A stretch of DNA of 64,000 nucleotides from assembly GCA_938003985.1 (NCBI GenBank), contig CALKWZ010000031.1:4173-68172 (forward strand), written 5' to 3'. The notes beneath the pieces were generated by a model. The model worked only from the letters and a program-made list of their open reading frames with translations. It was not told where the DNA came from and searched no databases. The stretch is from an uncultured Verrucomicrobiota bacterium. GTDB lineage: Bacteria; Verrucomicrobiota; Kiritimatiellia; CAIQIC01; Lenti-01. Positions 7,769 to 16,981 of the stretch are shown piece by piece. The position numbers were made by a program, and so were the translations under genes. The first letter of the stretch is position 1, and the number at the start of each line of letters is the position of its first letter.

Positions 7769-9481
7769 TTGAGCCAATCGATGGAAAATGGAATTTGGCA
7801 GCCGATTCCGGGAATGCCGGGCGCGTTCGCGTGTCCCTACGTCCGCCGGCCCGACGTGCTGTCCGCCAATTCCTATTGGATCGAATTCCATGGCGGCCGT
7901 GTGCTGATCGATCCCGGCGCGCTGCCCGCGCAAACGGACAATTTGCGCCGGATGCTCCGCGCCCGCGAAGGCAACCGCACCCTTCCGCTGCTGATCTGCG
8001 CCACGCATGGCCATCTCGACCACGTCCGGGAAACGCCGGCTTGGTTGGGCGACGCCGACCGCCCGGTTTGGTTCGCGGCGCAAGCGCGCGGCGCCCGGGC
8101 GCTGGCCGCAGGCGATCTCCGGCAAACGGCGGCGGACCTGTATGGCCTGGACATGCCGCACATGCCCACGCACGTGCCGCTCTTGACCGAGGAAGACGAA
8201 CGCTCGGGCGCCCCCCGTCGGATGCGGCTGGGCGCGAACGTCGAAGCGCTCGTCCGCACGGAGCGGCGCGAAGGCGCGATCCGGCAAACGTTGGAATGGA
8301 GCGGCGGCGCGATCGAAGTCCTGCCTTGCCCCGGCCACAGCCCGGACCACGTGTGCTACCGCGTCGGCGATCTGTTGTTCGTCGGCGATCTGCTGAACGC
8401 TAACCGACCGCTGGTCGCCGGCGTCCATGGCTGGAATCTCCAAGAGCTCCGGCAGTCGCTGGCGGACGTCATCCGCGTGCTGGAAACGGGCACCATCCGC
8501 TGGTGCTGCCCCGGCCATGGCCATCCGCTGCCGGCGGAAAAGACCCTGGACCTGCTGCGGCGCCAGCGGGACCAGGCGGACCGCACGGGCGAAATCGAGG
8601 AATTGGACGTCGATCGGCTCTTCCGTACCGTGGAAGGCGCGCTGGAATTGATCGACGAAGCCGAAGAAACGTTCGCCGCCCTCGCCGGACGCCTGCTGTA
8701 CGTGGCCGACCGCCTGGACCTGCTGGACGAACCCAAGCTGGCCCAGCGCTGCCGGGAAACCCTGGACATGGACGCCACGGACGCCCTGCTCGACGCTTTT
8801 CGGGAACGGTGCCAGGCGTATTCCGCCGGCGACGTTCCGCGGGTGGCGTTCGCGATCGAAGCGGCGCGGATCGTCGAGAAGCTCCGGGCGGGCTTCGCGC
8901 CCGAACCCCTCCGCGCGTTTTTGCCGGCCGCCCTCGTCGGCCAGGCGCAACGGCTGCTGCTCGATTTCATGGGGCTGGCGCAAGGCGTCCGCAATCCCGA
9001 GGAATTCGTGCCGACCGACGTCGCCGCCCTGGTGGCCGAAATCGCGGCGGTCTGGCAAGCCAGCCCCCACCGCGACGGATCGATCGCCGACGCGGCGGAC
9101 GATCCGGACCGTTTCGCGGCGGAACTGGCCCGGCGCATCGGCCATCCGCCGCTGGCCCGCCGCGTCCCGGTGCGTTTCGACCCCGGCCCCGGCGGACCGC
9201 TGGTGCCGCTGGCCGCCGCCCGGTTCGGCGACGTCCTGCTCCCGTTCCTGGAATGGCTCGGACTGGCCGGCGCGCACGCGCTCGACGTGGAAGGCCACGC
9301 CGGCGATATGCCGCCGGCCCTGGCAATCCGCACGGCCGGCTGGACGCCGGACGACTCGGCGCGCACGCGCGCCAAGCTGCGCTCGTTCGCGCGCCGGTTC
9401 GCCCTCGCGGGCTTCGAATGGACCGTCGAATCCAATGGATTCCGGCTGGCGTGCACCGCCGCGGCCGCCCGGCCGCGCTGA
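7769..9481 (+). CDS. MBL-fold metallo-hydrolase domain protein with roughly 290-aa uncharacterised C-terminal domain
   Basis: 570 aa; N-terminal metallo-beta-lactamase motifs (LIDPGA, HxHxDH as ATHGHLDHV, CPGHSPDH, CPGHGHP); C-terminal half is alpha-helical with no recognised motif. Confidence 0.7.
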   Translation: MSQSMENGIWQPIPGMPGAFACPYVRRPDVLSANSYWIEFHGGRVLIDPGALPAQTDNLRRMLRAREGNRTLPLLICATHGHLDHVRETPAWLGDADRPVWFAAQARGARALAAGDLRQTAADLYGLDMPHMPTHVPLLTEEDERSGAPRRMRLGANVEALVRTERREGAIRQTLEWSGGAIEVLPCPGHSPDHVCYRVGDLLFVGDLLNANRPLVAGVHGWNLQELRQSLADVIRVLETGTIRWCCPGHGHPLPAEKTLDLLRRQRDQADRTGEIEELDVDRLFRTVEGALELIDEAEETFAALAGRLLYVADRLDLLDEPKLAQRCRETLDMDATDALLDAFRERCQAYSAGDVPRVAFAIEAARIVEKLRAGFAPEPLRAFLPAALVGQAQRLLLDFMGLAQGVRNPEEFVPTDVAALVAEIAAVWQASPHRDGSIADAADDPDRFAAELARRIGHPPLARRVPVRFDPGPGGPLVPLAAARFGDVLLPFLEWLGLAGAHALDVEGHAGDMPPALAIRTAGWTPDDSARTRAKLRSFARRFALAGFEWTVESNGFRLACTAAAARPR

Positions 9482-9552
9482 ATCGGCCCGCCGGCTTCTT
9501 GCCTCGCCGGGGCCGACATGCTACAACGCTCCCATCCAGAAAGGCGGGAACC

Positions 9553-9915
9553 ATGGCACTGACGATCAAGGTATTGGAAAACAAACCGCGCGTGTTCGTG
9601 GTGACGCTGGCCGGGTCGCTGGACAGCACGACCTATCCCCAGCTGGAATCGAAGCTCGCCTATCTGCTGACCGAGGGCGCGGCCAAGGTCGTCACGCTGG
9701 ACGTGGCCGGACTGGATTTCATCAGCAGCATGGGCATCCGCGTCGTCTTCAAGGCCCAGAAGGACCTGGCCCGCGCCGGCGGCTATCTCTGCCTCGCGCG
9801 CATCCCCGCCCCCATCCAGAAGGCCTTCGAGATCGTCGAAGCCCTGCCCTCGATGCAGATCTTCTCCAGCATCGCGGAAATGGACGCCTATCTGGCCAAG
9901 ATGCAGGGCCTGTAG
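9553..9915 (+). CDS. STAS-domain anti-sigma-factor antagonist (second copy in the window)
   Basis: 120 aa; STAS core LDVAGLDFISSMGIRVVFKAQKDLARAGGYLCL; 70 bp downstream of the MBL-fusion gene on the same strand. Confidence 0.75.
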   Translation: MALTIKVLENKPRVFVVTLAGSLDSTTYPQLESKLAYLLTEGAAKVVTLDVAGLDFISSMGIRVVFKAQKDLARAGGYLCLARIPAPIQKAFEIVEALPSMQIFSSIAEMDAYLAKMQGL

Positions 9916-9986
9916 GCTTCCGGCCCCAGACGCATTCCACGCCGTGGAAAAATCCGTCGCCGGTCGGCCGCGCGGAAAACGCCGTC

Positions 9987-10649
9987 CTAGGCGAATCCCG
10001 GAATGCGCGTGGCCCGCTGGATTTTCCGGGCGGCCAGGGTCAGCAGCACCACCAGCGCCAGATAGCCGGCGGCCGCCAGCAGGTAGCCGCGGAAGAACAT
10101 GAAATTCTGCGAGGTGAAGTTCTGGACGAACGACAGGAATCCGTCGCACTGGATCAGGAAGGCGATGGAACTGTCCTTGAGGTTGTTGATGGCCTGGCTG
10201 GTCAGCCCGGGCACGGCGTAGCGGAAGGATTGCGGCAGGATGAGCAGGCGGAAGGCCTGCCGCCGGTCGAAGCCCAAGGCCTGGACGGCGGCCTGTTCGG
10301 CCGCGGAAATCGCCCGGTAGCCGTTCATCAGGTAGCGGGCGTTGTAGGCGGACACGTTGAGCGTGAACCCGATGAACGCGGCGGCGAACGGGGACAGATC
10401 GATCCCGACGGTCGGCAGGCCGTAGTACGCCAGGAACAGCAGCGCCAGCAGCGGAGTCCCCACGAAGAAGGTCACGTAGGCGTTGGCGACGACACGGACC
10501 CCGCGCGCCGGGTGGGTCAGGAAAAACAGCAGCAGCATCCCGCCCAGCAATCCCGAGGCCGTCATGGCGCCGGACAGCAGGATCGTCCATTTCAGGCCGG
10601 AAACCAGTCCCGGCCATTCCAGCCATAGTTCCTGGAAGAATTCGCCCAT
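9987..10649 (-). CDS. Polar amino-acid ABC transporter permease (HisM/GlnP family)
   Basis: 220 aa; EAA-loop-like region (EQAAVQALGFDRRQAFRLLILPQS) and the characteristic five-TM layout. Confidence 0.85.
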   Translation of the reverse strand: MGEFFQELWLEWPGLVSGLKWTILLSGAMTASGLLGGMLLLFFLTHPARGVRVVANAYVTFFVGTPLLALLFLAYYGLPTVGIDLSPFAAAFIGFTLNVSAYNARYLMNGYRAISAAEQAAVQALGFDRRQAFRLLILPQSFRYAVPGLTSQAINNLKDSSIAFLIQCDGFLSFVQNFTSQNFMFFRGYLLAAAGYLALVVLLTLAARKIQRATRIPGFA

Positions 10650-10652
10650 GGG

Positions 10653-11387
10653 TCAGCCGTCCTGGGCCATCTGGAAGAACCGGCGGATGCGCTCGTCCTT
10701 CGTCTGGGCGTACAGCGTCTCCGGCAACTGTTCGGCCAGGATGGCGCCGTGGTCCAGGAACAGGATCTTGTCGCACACGTATTTGGCGAAATGGGCGTCG
10801 TGGGTGACGCACAGCATCGTGACGTCTTCCAGGTAGAGCTTGTTGATGATGACGGACACGTCGCGGGACAATTCCGGATCCAGCGCGCTGGTGGGTTCGT
10901 CGAACAGGATCAGCTTCGGATCCATGGCCAGCGCGCGGGCGATCGCCACGCGCTGTTGCTGGCCGCCGGAGAGCTGCGCCGGATATTTGCGGCCATGGTC
11001 CTGCATGTCCACGCGCGCCAGTTCCCGCTCGGCCCGCTCCAAGGCCTGCTTGCGGGGCAGTTTCAGCAACTGGATGGGCGCCAAGGCGACGTTGTGCAGG
11101 GCGTCGAGGTGCTTGAACAGGCCGAACTGCTGGAACACGAAGCCGATCTGGCGGCGCACCGCGCACACGTCCGTGCCCGGCGCGGTGATGTCCTGGCCGT
11201 TGAGGAGGATTTTGCCGCCCGTGGGTTTTTGCAGCAGGTTCAGGCAGCGCAGCAGCGAGGACTTGCCGCTGCCCGAGGGTCCCATGACCACCTTGACCTC
11301 GCCGCGGTCCAGCGTGAAGCCGAGATCGCGCAGCACGGTCTTGCCGCCGAATTCGAGCGAGAGGTTTTGGACTTCCAGCAGCGCCAT
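10653..11387 (-). CDS. Polar amino-acid ABC transporter ATP-binding protein (GlnQ/HisP family)
   Basis: 244 aa; Walker A GPSGSGKSS, signature LSGGQQQRVAIARAL, Walker B LILFDEPTSALD, H-loop VTHD. Confidence 0.9.
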   Translation of the reverse strand: MALLEVQNLSLEFGGKTVLRDLGFTLDRGEVKVVMGPSGSGKSSLLRCLNLLQKPTGGKILLNGQDITAPGTDVCAVRRQIGFVFQQFGLFKHLDALHNVALAPIQLLKLPRKQALERAERELARVDMQDHGRKYPAQLSGGQQQRVAIARALAMDPKLILFDEPTSALDPELSRDVSVIINKLYLEDVTMLCVTHDAHFAKYVCDKILFLDHGAILAEQLPETLYAQTKDERIRRFFQMAQDG

Positions 11388-11390
11388 GGG

Positions 11391-12044
11391 TCAGATCTCC
11401 TCGAAGCCGGGAACGTGGAAACGGCGGTACAGCGCGCGGAACAGCGCGTTGCAGCCGAGATACAGCGCCAGGAACAGCAGCGCGGCGGCCGCGTAGACCG
11501 GCAGGCCGCGCGAGGTCACCGCGACGAGGGCCTGGGCTTCCTTCAGGATTTCCGGCACGCCCGCGACGTAGGCGAAAGGCGAGGCCTTGAGCACCGACGA
11601 GAATTCGTTGATCAGGCCCGGCACCGCCAGCCGCCAGGCCTGCGGCAGCAGCACGCTCCAGAACGCGCGGCGCGGCGACATCCCCAGCGCCAGCGCCGCC
11701 TCGCGCTGCGCCGCATCGATGGATGCGAGCGCGCCGCGCAGCACTTCGCCGACGTAGGCCGCGGCCACGAGCCCGAGACACCCCACCACGGTGAGAAACG
11801 GCGGCAGGAAAACGCCGATCCGCGGCAAGCCGAACATCGCCATGAAGATCAGCACCAGGGCCGGCACGCTCTGCACGACGTAGGTTCCGCCGCGCAGCGC
11901 CCGCTGCCCGCGCGGGCCCGCCAGTTGATGGGCCAGCACCAGCGCCGTGCCGCCGGCCAACCCCACCGCCATGGCGGACAGGGTGATCCCCAGCGTGTTC
12001 AGGACGCCGGCGGACAGCGCGCAGATGATCCGGACAAACTCCAA
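11391..12044 (-). CDS. Polar amino-acid ABC transporter permease (second subunit)
   Basis: 217 aa; EAA motif region (REAALALGMSPRRAFWSVLLPQA); 4-bp spacing to the ATPase gene. Confidence 0.85.
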   Translation of the reverse strand: MEFVRIICALSAGVLNTLGITLSAMAVGLAGGTALVLAHQLAGPRGQRALRGGTYVVQSVPALVLIFMAMFGLPRIGVFLPPFLTVVGCLGLVAAAYVGEVLRGALASIDAAQREAALALGMSPRRAFWSVLLPQAWRLAVPGLINEFSSVLKASPFAYVAGVPEILKEAQALVAVTSRGLPVYAAAALLFLALYLGCNALFRALYRRFHVPGFEEI

Positions 12045-12065
12045 GGAGAGATCCCGCCGTCCGCG

Positions 12066-12827
12066 CTACTTCCGCATGTGGCGATCGATGATCGCCTGGA
12101 CTTCGGCGGAACGCTCCCGCAGGAACTGGTTGAACTCGTCGCGGCGCGCGCTGCCCTTGGGGAAGGCGAAGCCGAAATTGTCCGCCTCGGCCAGCGTGAA
12201 GGCCGTGGCCAGGGCGTAGATGCCCTTTTCCTTCTGGTCCGCCATGACGAGGGAATCCATGAACGCGCCGTCCACGTTGCCGTTGCCCAGGTCCGCGAGC
12301 AGTTCGTTGTAGGAAGGATATTGCTTCAGATCTTCGTAGGCGTAGGCGTCTTTGTAGGTGGTTTTGACCAGATCGCCGAAATACATGCCGCGCACGAAGC
12401 CCAGCCTGTATTTTTTCCAATCCGCCGTCGTCGCGATCGCCACGCCGCGGTCGGCCAGGGCCGCGATGACCAGGGTGTTGACCATGTAGGGTTCGGAGAA
12501 ATCCATCACCTCTTTGCGCTTGTCGGTGATGGAGATGCCGGAAAACGCCACGTCGGCCCGGCCCGCGACCACCGCGCCCAGCATGCCCGCCCAATCGTAG
12601 GCCGTGACGTCGAAGGCATATCCGCGGCTCTCGCAGAAGGCGCGGATGATGTCGACGTCGATGCCCACGTATTCCTTGTCCTGCTGGAAGCAGTTGGGCG
12701 GCGACGTCGGGCAGACGGCCGCGTGCAGCGTCGTCGGGGCCGCCGCCGTTTGTTCCGAGCCGGCTTTGTCCGCCTTGCCGCAACCCGCCAAGATCAGCCC
12801 CGTCAGGATCAGGATTCCCGTGCGCAT
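12066..12827 (-). CDS. Amino-acid ABC transporter substrate-binding lipoprotein (family-3 SBP)
   Basis: 253 aa from ATG at 12827; lipobox LILAGC; SBP_bac_3-like motifs (GIDVDI, DVAFSGISITDKRKEVMDFSEPY). Confidence 0.8.
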   Translation of the reverse strand: MRTGILILTGLILAGCGKADKAGSEQTAAAPTTLHAAVCPTSPPNCFQQDKEYVGIDVDIIRAFCESRGYAFDVTAYDWAGMLGAVVAGRADVAFSGISITDKRKEVMDFSEPYMVNTLVIAALADRGVAIATTADWKKYRLGFVRGMYFGDLVKTTYKDAYAYEDLKQYPSYNELLADLGNGNVDGAFMDSLVMADQKEKGIYALATAFTLAEADNFGFAFPKGSARRDEFNQFLRERSAEVQAIIDRHMRK

Positions 12828-12870
12828 GTCGTCTCCCTTTGCATTTGTTTCGCGTTGTTTTTGTCGCCCG

Positions 12871-13818
12871 TCAAACTTGCCCGCGGGGATGCCCCATGGT
12901 CGCATCGGTCGACCCGGTCGAGAGTCCGATCGTGACGTGGCTGTTGCGGATCTGCGCCTCGATCTGGCGGCGCAGGCTGGCCGCCGTCGCGTGGATTTCC
13001 CCGGCTTGTTTCTGCGGATCGAATTCCAACAGGATGTCGATATAGACCTCGGCGCCGGCCCGCCGCGACCGGATGCCGTGCAGGAATTCGTAGTCGTCGA
13101 AATGCCGCGCCAGTTCCCGCAGGATCAAGAGCTGGTCCGATTCCTCGAGCGTCCGGTCGAGCAGGTCGCCCACCGAGGTCGAGAAGATGCCCAGCGCGGC
13201 CATCAGGATCGAGCCGGCGATCACCAGCGAAGCCGCCGGATCGACGTAGCGCACCCAGTCGTAGCGCGCCAAGGCGAGGCTCAGGCCCAGCGAGAGCAGG
13301 ATGAACACGTTGGCCGCCGCGCGCGTGAAGTGCAGCCGGGCCTGGGCTTCCAGCAGCGGCGAGTTCTCCGCCCGCGCGGCGCGCCGGCTGCGCCGCGCCA
13401 CGGCGCCGTTGATCACGGCGTAGACCGCCTGGGCCGCCAAGCTGATCTGGACGCCGATGCCCGCGACGTGCGCCGGATGCAGGAAATTGCGGACGGCGTT
13501 GCCCACGATGATCAACAGGCAAATGGACATCAGAAAACCCACGACCAGGCTCGTCAGGTTCTCCATCTTGCCCAAGCCGTAGTCGAAGCCGCCGCCCGCG
13601 CCGCGCGCCATCCGCCGGATGGCCCACCACGAGAGGAACACCGCCACGAATTCGAGGAACGTCTTGCAGAAATCCGCGAGGATCACCGCCGAATTGGCCG
13701 CGACCATGGCGCCGAACGTGATCAGCGCGTCCGCGAACGCCATGGCGGCCGCTTGCCGGGCCGCCCGCTCCCGCGAGATTCCGCCCGCCCCCGCCTCCGT
13801 GGACGCCGCCTGATTCAT
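12871..13818 (-). CDS. Cation diffusion facilitator (CDF) family metal efflux transporter
   Basis: 315 aa; six TM helices followed by a cytoplasmic C-terminal domain (HFDDYEFLHGIRSRRAGAEVYIDILLEFD...). Confidence 0.8.
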   Translation of the reverse strand: MNQAASTEAGAGGISRERAARQAAAMAFADALITFGAMVAANSAVILADFCKTFLEFVAVFLSWWAIRRMARGAGGGFDYGLGKMENLTSLVVGFLMSICLLIIVGNAVRNFLHPAHVAGIGVQISLAAQAVYAVINGAVARRSRRAARAENSPLLEAQARLHFTRAAANVFILLSLGLSLALARYDWVRYVDPAASLVIAGSILMAALGIFSTSVGDLLDRTLEESDQLLILRELARHFDDYEFLHGIRSRRAGAEVYIDILLEFDPQKQAGEIHATAASLRRQIEAQIRNSHVTIGLSTGSTDATMGHPRGQV

Positions 13819-13922
13819 GGGCCGCAGGATAGCCGGTTGCCCGGGATCCGCCAAGCGGGAACGCCGATCGCTTGCCGCCTCCCCGATTGACCGGGCCCCC
13901 GCGGTCGGCGTATGCTCGACCC

Positions 13923-15227
13923 ATGGACTTCGCACGCGAAATCGCCCGCTTCGTCACCGCCGCCATCGGCGGCATCTACATCGTCGATGAGCAGACCCGC
14001 CAAATCGCCTTCGCCGACGCGGCCGTGGAACGGCTGTACGGCTCCGGGCTGGTCGGCAAGCGCGCGGCCGACGTTTTCCCGTGGGAAGCCCGCAGCCTCC
14101 ACGCGCCGCTGTCGCGCGACGAGGCCACGGAGTGGGAATGCGTCGACCGCGAACGCGGCATCTACTGGCGCCTGCACCACGGCCTGTTCGACAAGGACGG
14201 CGCCGTCTACAAGATCGGCCAGCTGACCAACACGACGGAGTTCATGCTCCTGAGCCAGGAAGTCACCGAGTATTCCGTCCTGTCCGAAAAAGTGTCGACC
14301 TTCCAGTCCGCCATGCTGGAGAAGATTTCCGCCTCCCACTCCGCCCTGCTGCCGGTCATCGCCGGCTTCTTCAAGACGCCGCGGCTCTATTTCTTCTTGG
14401 CCCGCAACGGCCGGCTCGAAACCACGGCCTACGATGCCCGCGCCGGCGCCGAAACGCGCGGCCACCGGCCCCTCGCCCCCGCGCACGACGCCGCCTTCGG
14501 CGCCCCGGGGCGGACCGAATCAACGGCGGACCAGCTCGCGGAGCCGGTCCAGGCGCTGATCGCCGCCCGCGGCGGCGACCCGCGCAACCGCTACATCCGC
14601 CTCTGCGCCGGCACTTTCTCCGACCAGCGCTACGCCCTCTACCTCGAACTGGACGAACGCAGCGACCGGAAGGCCCTCGACATCGCCATCCTCGCCGCGA
14701 TCATCGCGCTGTGCGTGGAAAACAGCCTCCTGCGCGAGGAAATCATCTACGAAAGCGAACACGACAAGCTCACGGGCCTCTACAACAAGGGCAAATACCT
14801 CGCCCGGCTCAAGCACGAATATCCCCATCTCGATTCCGTCGCCATCTTCAACTTCGACGTCAACTACCTCAAGCAGACCAACGACACCCACGGCCACGAA
14901 GCCGGCGACCGCCTCCTCATGAAGGCCGCCGCCAGCATCCGCAAGGTCACCGCGGACGACGTCCATGGCTACCGCCTCGGCGGCGACGAATACCTGATGA
15001 TCGCCTGCAACGGGAAAGCCGCCGACGTCGAGCCCCTGAAGGCGCGCTGGGAAGAGGCGCTGGCGGAAGTCAACCGGGAGGTCAACGACGGCATCCCGTG
15101 CATCGTCGCCGTCGGCACCGCGTTCGCCGAGAAACCCTACGATTTCGCCGACCTGATGAAAATCGCCGACGCGCGCATGTACGAGGACAAGCGCCGCAAG
15201 AAGAAACCCGGCGAAGAAATCCGCTGA
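13923..15227 (+). CDS. PAS/GAF-like sensor diguanylate cyclase (GGDEF domain; signature reads GGDEY)
   Basis: 434 aa; C-terminal GGDEF domain motifs (DKLTGLYNKGKY, VAIFNFDVNYLKQTNDTHGHEAGDRLL, GYRLGGDEYLMI, ADARMYEDKRRKK). Confidence 0.8.
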   Translation: MDFAREIARFVTAAIGGIYIVDEQTRQIAFADAAVERLYGSGLVGKRAADVFPWEARSLHAPLSRDEATEWECVDRERGIYWRLHHGLFDKDGAVYKIGQLTNTTEFMLLSQEVTEYSVLSEKVSTFQSAMLEKISASHSALLPVIAGFFKTPRLYFFLARNGRLETTAYDARAGAETRGHRPLAPAHDAAFGAPGRTESTADQLAEPVQALIAARGGDPRNRYIRLCAGTFSDQRYALYLELDERSDRKALDIAILAAIIALCVENSLLREEIIYESEHDKLTGLYNKGKYLARLKHEYPHLDSVAIFNFDVNYLKQTNDTHGHEAGDRLLMKAAASIRKVTADDVHGYRLGGDEYLMIACNGKAADVEPLKARWEEALAEVNREVNDGIPCIVAVGTAFAEKPYDFADLMKIADARMYEDKRRKKKPGEEIR

Positions 15228-15427
15228 TCGTTTTTTTCGCGTTTTTTCCCGATTTTTTTCGGTCCGGAAGTTGAAATTCCCGATTCCTGCCGTAGGCTAC
15301 GGGTGGAGCTCGGCGGAAGTGTTGGGATGGCCAGCCGCCCGAGGAAAGAGCGCGAAGGATGCGATGATGGGCTGGTCTCCGCTGAGCTCCCAATTGCGTT
15401 ATTGGGGCCGACAATTCGCCCAGCGTT

Positions 15428-15964
15428 CTATTGGGCGTCGCCTTCGACCGCGGCGCCCTTTTGCTTGAGATACTGGACCGTCCGCACCCGGCCCGACGTC
15501 GACGCCTTCAGCAGCACCGATTCGCCTTTGCCGTCCTTGGCGTTGAGGTCCGCCCCCTGCTCCACCAGATATTTCACGACGTCCAGGTTCCGGACCGCCC
15601 GCATCAGCGGCGTCTCCCCGGCGGCGTTCCGCGCATTCACGTCCGCGCCTGTCTCCACGAGCAGCCGGACCACGGGCAACTGATCGACCCACGCGGCCTT
15701 CATCAACGGCGTTTCGCCCTGATCGTCCCGGGCGTTCGCGTCCGCGCCCTGCGCCAGGAGATACCGGACGCTTTCCGGATCGGACACCATGTACATCAGC
15801 GGCGTCCGACCATAGGCGTCCCGGGCATCGACGTCCGTTCCCTTCAGCAGGAACGCCTTCACCGCGGTCAGATCGCCCTTGTTCGCGGCCTTGTGGATCG
15901 TCATGCAGCCCGCCGAGCACGCCAGCGCCGCCGCCATCAACCCCAATCGAATGGTTTTGTTCAT
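15428..15964 (-). CDS. Ankyrin-repeat lipoprotein
   Basis: 178 aa; signal peptide plus lipobox (LACSAGC); four or five ankyrin repeats (TPLMYMV, GADANARDDQGETPLMKAA, GADVNARNAAGETPLMRAV, GADLNAKDGKGESVLLKA). Confidence 0.8.
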   Translation of the reverse strand: MNKTIRLGLMAAALACSAGCMTIHKAANKGDLTAVKAFLLKGTDVDARDAYGRTPLMYMVSDPESVRYLLAQGADANARDDQGETPLMKAAWVDQLPVVRLLVETGADVNARNAAGETPLMRAVRNLDVVKYLVEQGADLNAKDGKGESVLLKASTSGRVRTVQYLKQKGAAVEGDAQ

Positions 15965-16081
15965 CGCGCGCCTGCTTTCTTTCGCTGCTCTTTCCCTTGG
16001 GTGTAGGTTCCCAAATCGCCCGGCTCCCGGTCAAGGAACGATTGGCCGCGCGCCCGCGGTAGTCGCGTCCGGCCACTCGGA

Positions 16082-16684
16082 CTAGTTCGTCGCCCCGCCG
16101 ATCCCCCACGCGCCCTTGCCGGCGGCGCGCGCGGTCTCCTCCAGCGATTTCAGCCGCTCCACTTCGTCCCAAGTCTTGCCGCCGATGCCCATGCCGTGGA
16201 TGCGGGCCAGTCCGTTCGCCACGAGCGTTTCGGCCAAGTCCCGCCCCCCCGCGGTCACGATGCCGTACTTGCGGGTCGAGCGTTCGTTGCCGAATACGCC
16301 CTGCCAGCGGGTCCGGATCTCGAACCCGTTTCTGAGGAATTTTCGCGTGAAGGCCTTGGCCATCCTGCCCACCTCCACCGCCTGGGCCTCCGAAATGCCG
16401 AAATAGGCCGCCTGCGCCCGGATACGGTCGCGAAACCGCAGATCCGACTCAGGCGCGTCGGTGAAGTACAGCCGCACCGTCAGTTCGCCGCCGTTCCAAT
16501 GGACCCGAAATGAATCGCCGTCGTTGCCCGGATATTCGACCATCCGGCAGTCATCCAGCGTTTGCCAAGGCTTGGCCGCCAGGGCAGACGGCACCTCAAG
16601 CCAACCCGACACCCACAGGACCACCCCAAGGAGGATGCCGCCGCCCAACTTATAAAAATTATGTGTATGATAATCTAAATTCAT
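16082..16684 (-). CDS. Thermonuclease (staphylococcal nuclease, SNase) family protein with N-terminal signal/anchor
   Basis: 200 aa; SNase-like motifs (VRLYFTDAPES, C-terminal GKGAWG); first roughly 12 codons are strikingly AT-rich, so the exact start is uncertain. Confidence 0.6.
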   Translation of the reverse strand: MNLDYHTHNFYKLGGGILLGVVLWVSGWLEVPSALAAKPWQTLDDCRMVEYPGNDGDSFRVHWNGGELTVRLYFTDAPESDLRFRDRIRAQAAYFGISEAQAVEVGRMAKAFTRKFLRNGFEIRTRWQGVFGNERSTRKYGIVTAGGRDLAETLVANGLARIHGMGIGGKTWDEVERLKSLEETARAAGKGAWGIGGATN

Positions 16685-16860
16685 TCCAGCAGATGAGGAT
16701 ATGCAACAGACGGCAACACACACCGCATTGTTATACAATAAGCTGATTGTCCGGGATCGCAAGGCAAATCGGATCGCGCATCCGAATGACCGCGAATGGG
16801 TTCCATCCCATGCCGCCATTAATCTATCCATAATATCATAGCTGGTCGCGTGCTCTGCCC
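16640..16860. promoter_or_regulatory. AT-rich island in the divergent intergenic/promoter region between the SNase-like gene and the AddB-like gene
   Basis: Roughly 220 bp of about 45 % GC in a 70 % GC background (cttataaaaattatgtgtatgataatctaaattcatt..., ttatacaataagctg..., attaatctatccataatatcatagc); contains -10-like TATAAT/TAATAT hexamers. Confidence 0.5.
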
Positions 16861-16981
16861 GGCGCCGAAACGAAGCCGCCATGTGTTCCTTGGCAAAGAG
16901 GCGCCCCTTACCGCGATTCTTCAAGCGCGCAACCGCCACCCCAACATTGATTTTTGGCGAATTTTCCGTCACCGTTCGGGC

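Noticed and set aside
4170..7772. 1200-aa plus-strand ORF
   Set aside because: Antisense to the fused ABC transporter and the secreted-protein gene. The translation is low-complexity and Arg/Ala/Gly-rich with no motifs, as expected for a reverse-strand frame in 70 % GC DNA, while the opposite strand carries clear Walker A/B and signature motifs.
8356..12783. 1475-aa minus-strand ORF
   Set aside because: Spans the MBL gene, the STAS gene and the whole amino-acid ABC operon in a single frame. The translation is Arg/Gly/Pro-rich nonsense, and the same DNA encodes several motif-bearing proteins in other frames.
12871..13935. Upstream 39 codons of the CDF transporter ORF, and the overlapping 388-aa ORF 12809..13975
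   Set aside because: The N-terminal extension is hydrophilic and Arg-rich and overlaps the GGDEF promoter region. Met at 13818 gives a typical CDF N-terminus. The 388-aa ORF is an off-frame artefact.
16850..16981. First 44 codons of the AddB-like track ORF
   Set aside because: Codon composition is AT-rich and unlike the rest of the gene, and it lies within the AT-rich promoter island. A GTG start at 16982 is preferred, though not proven.
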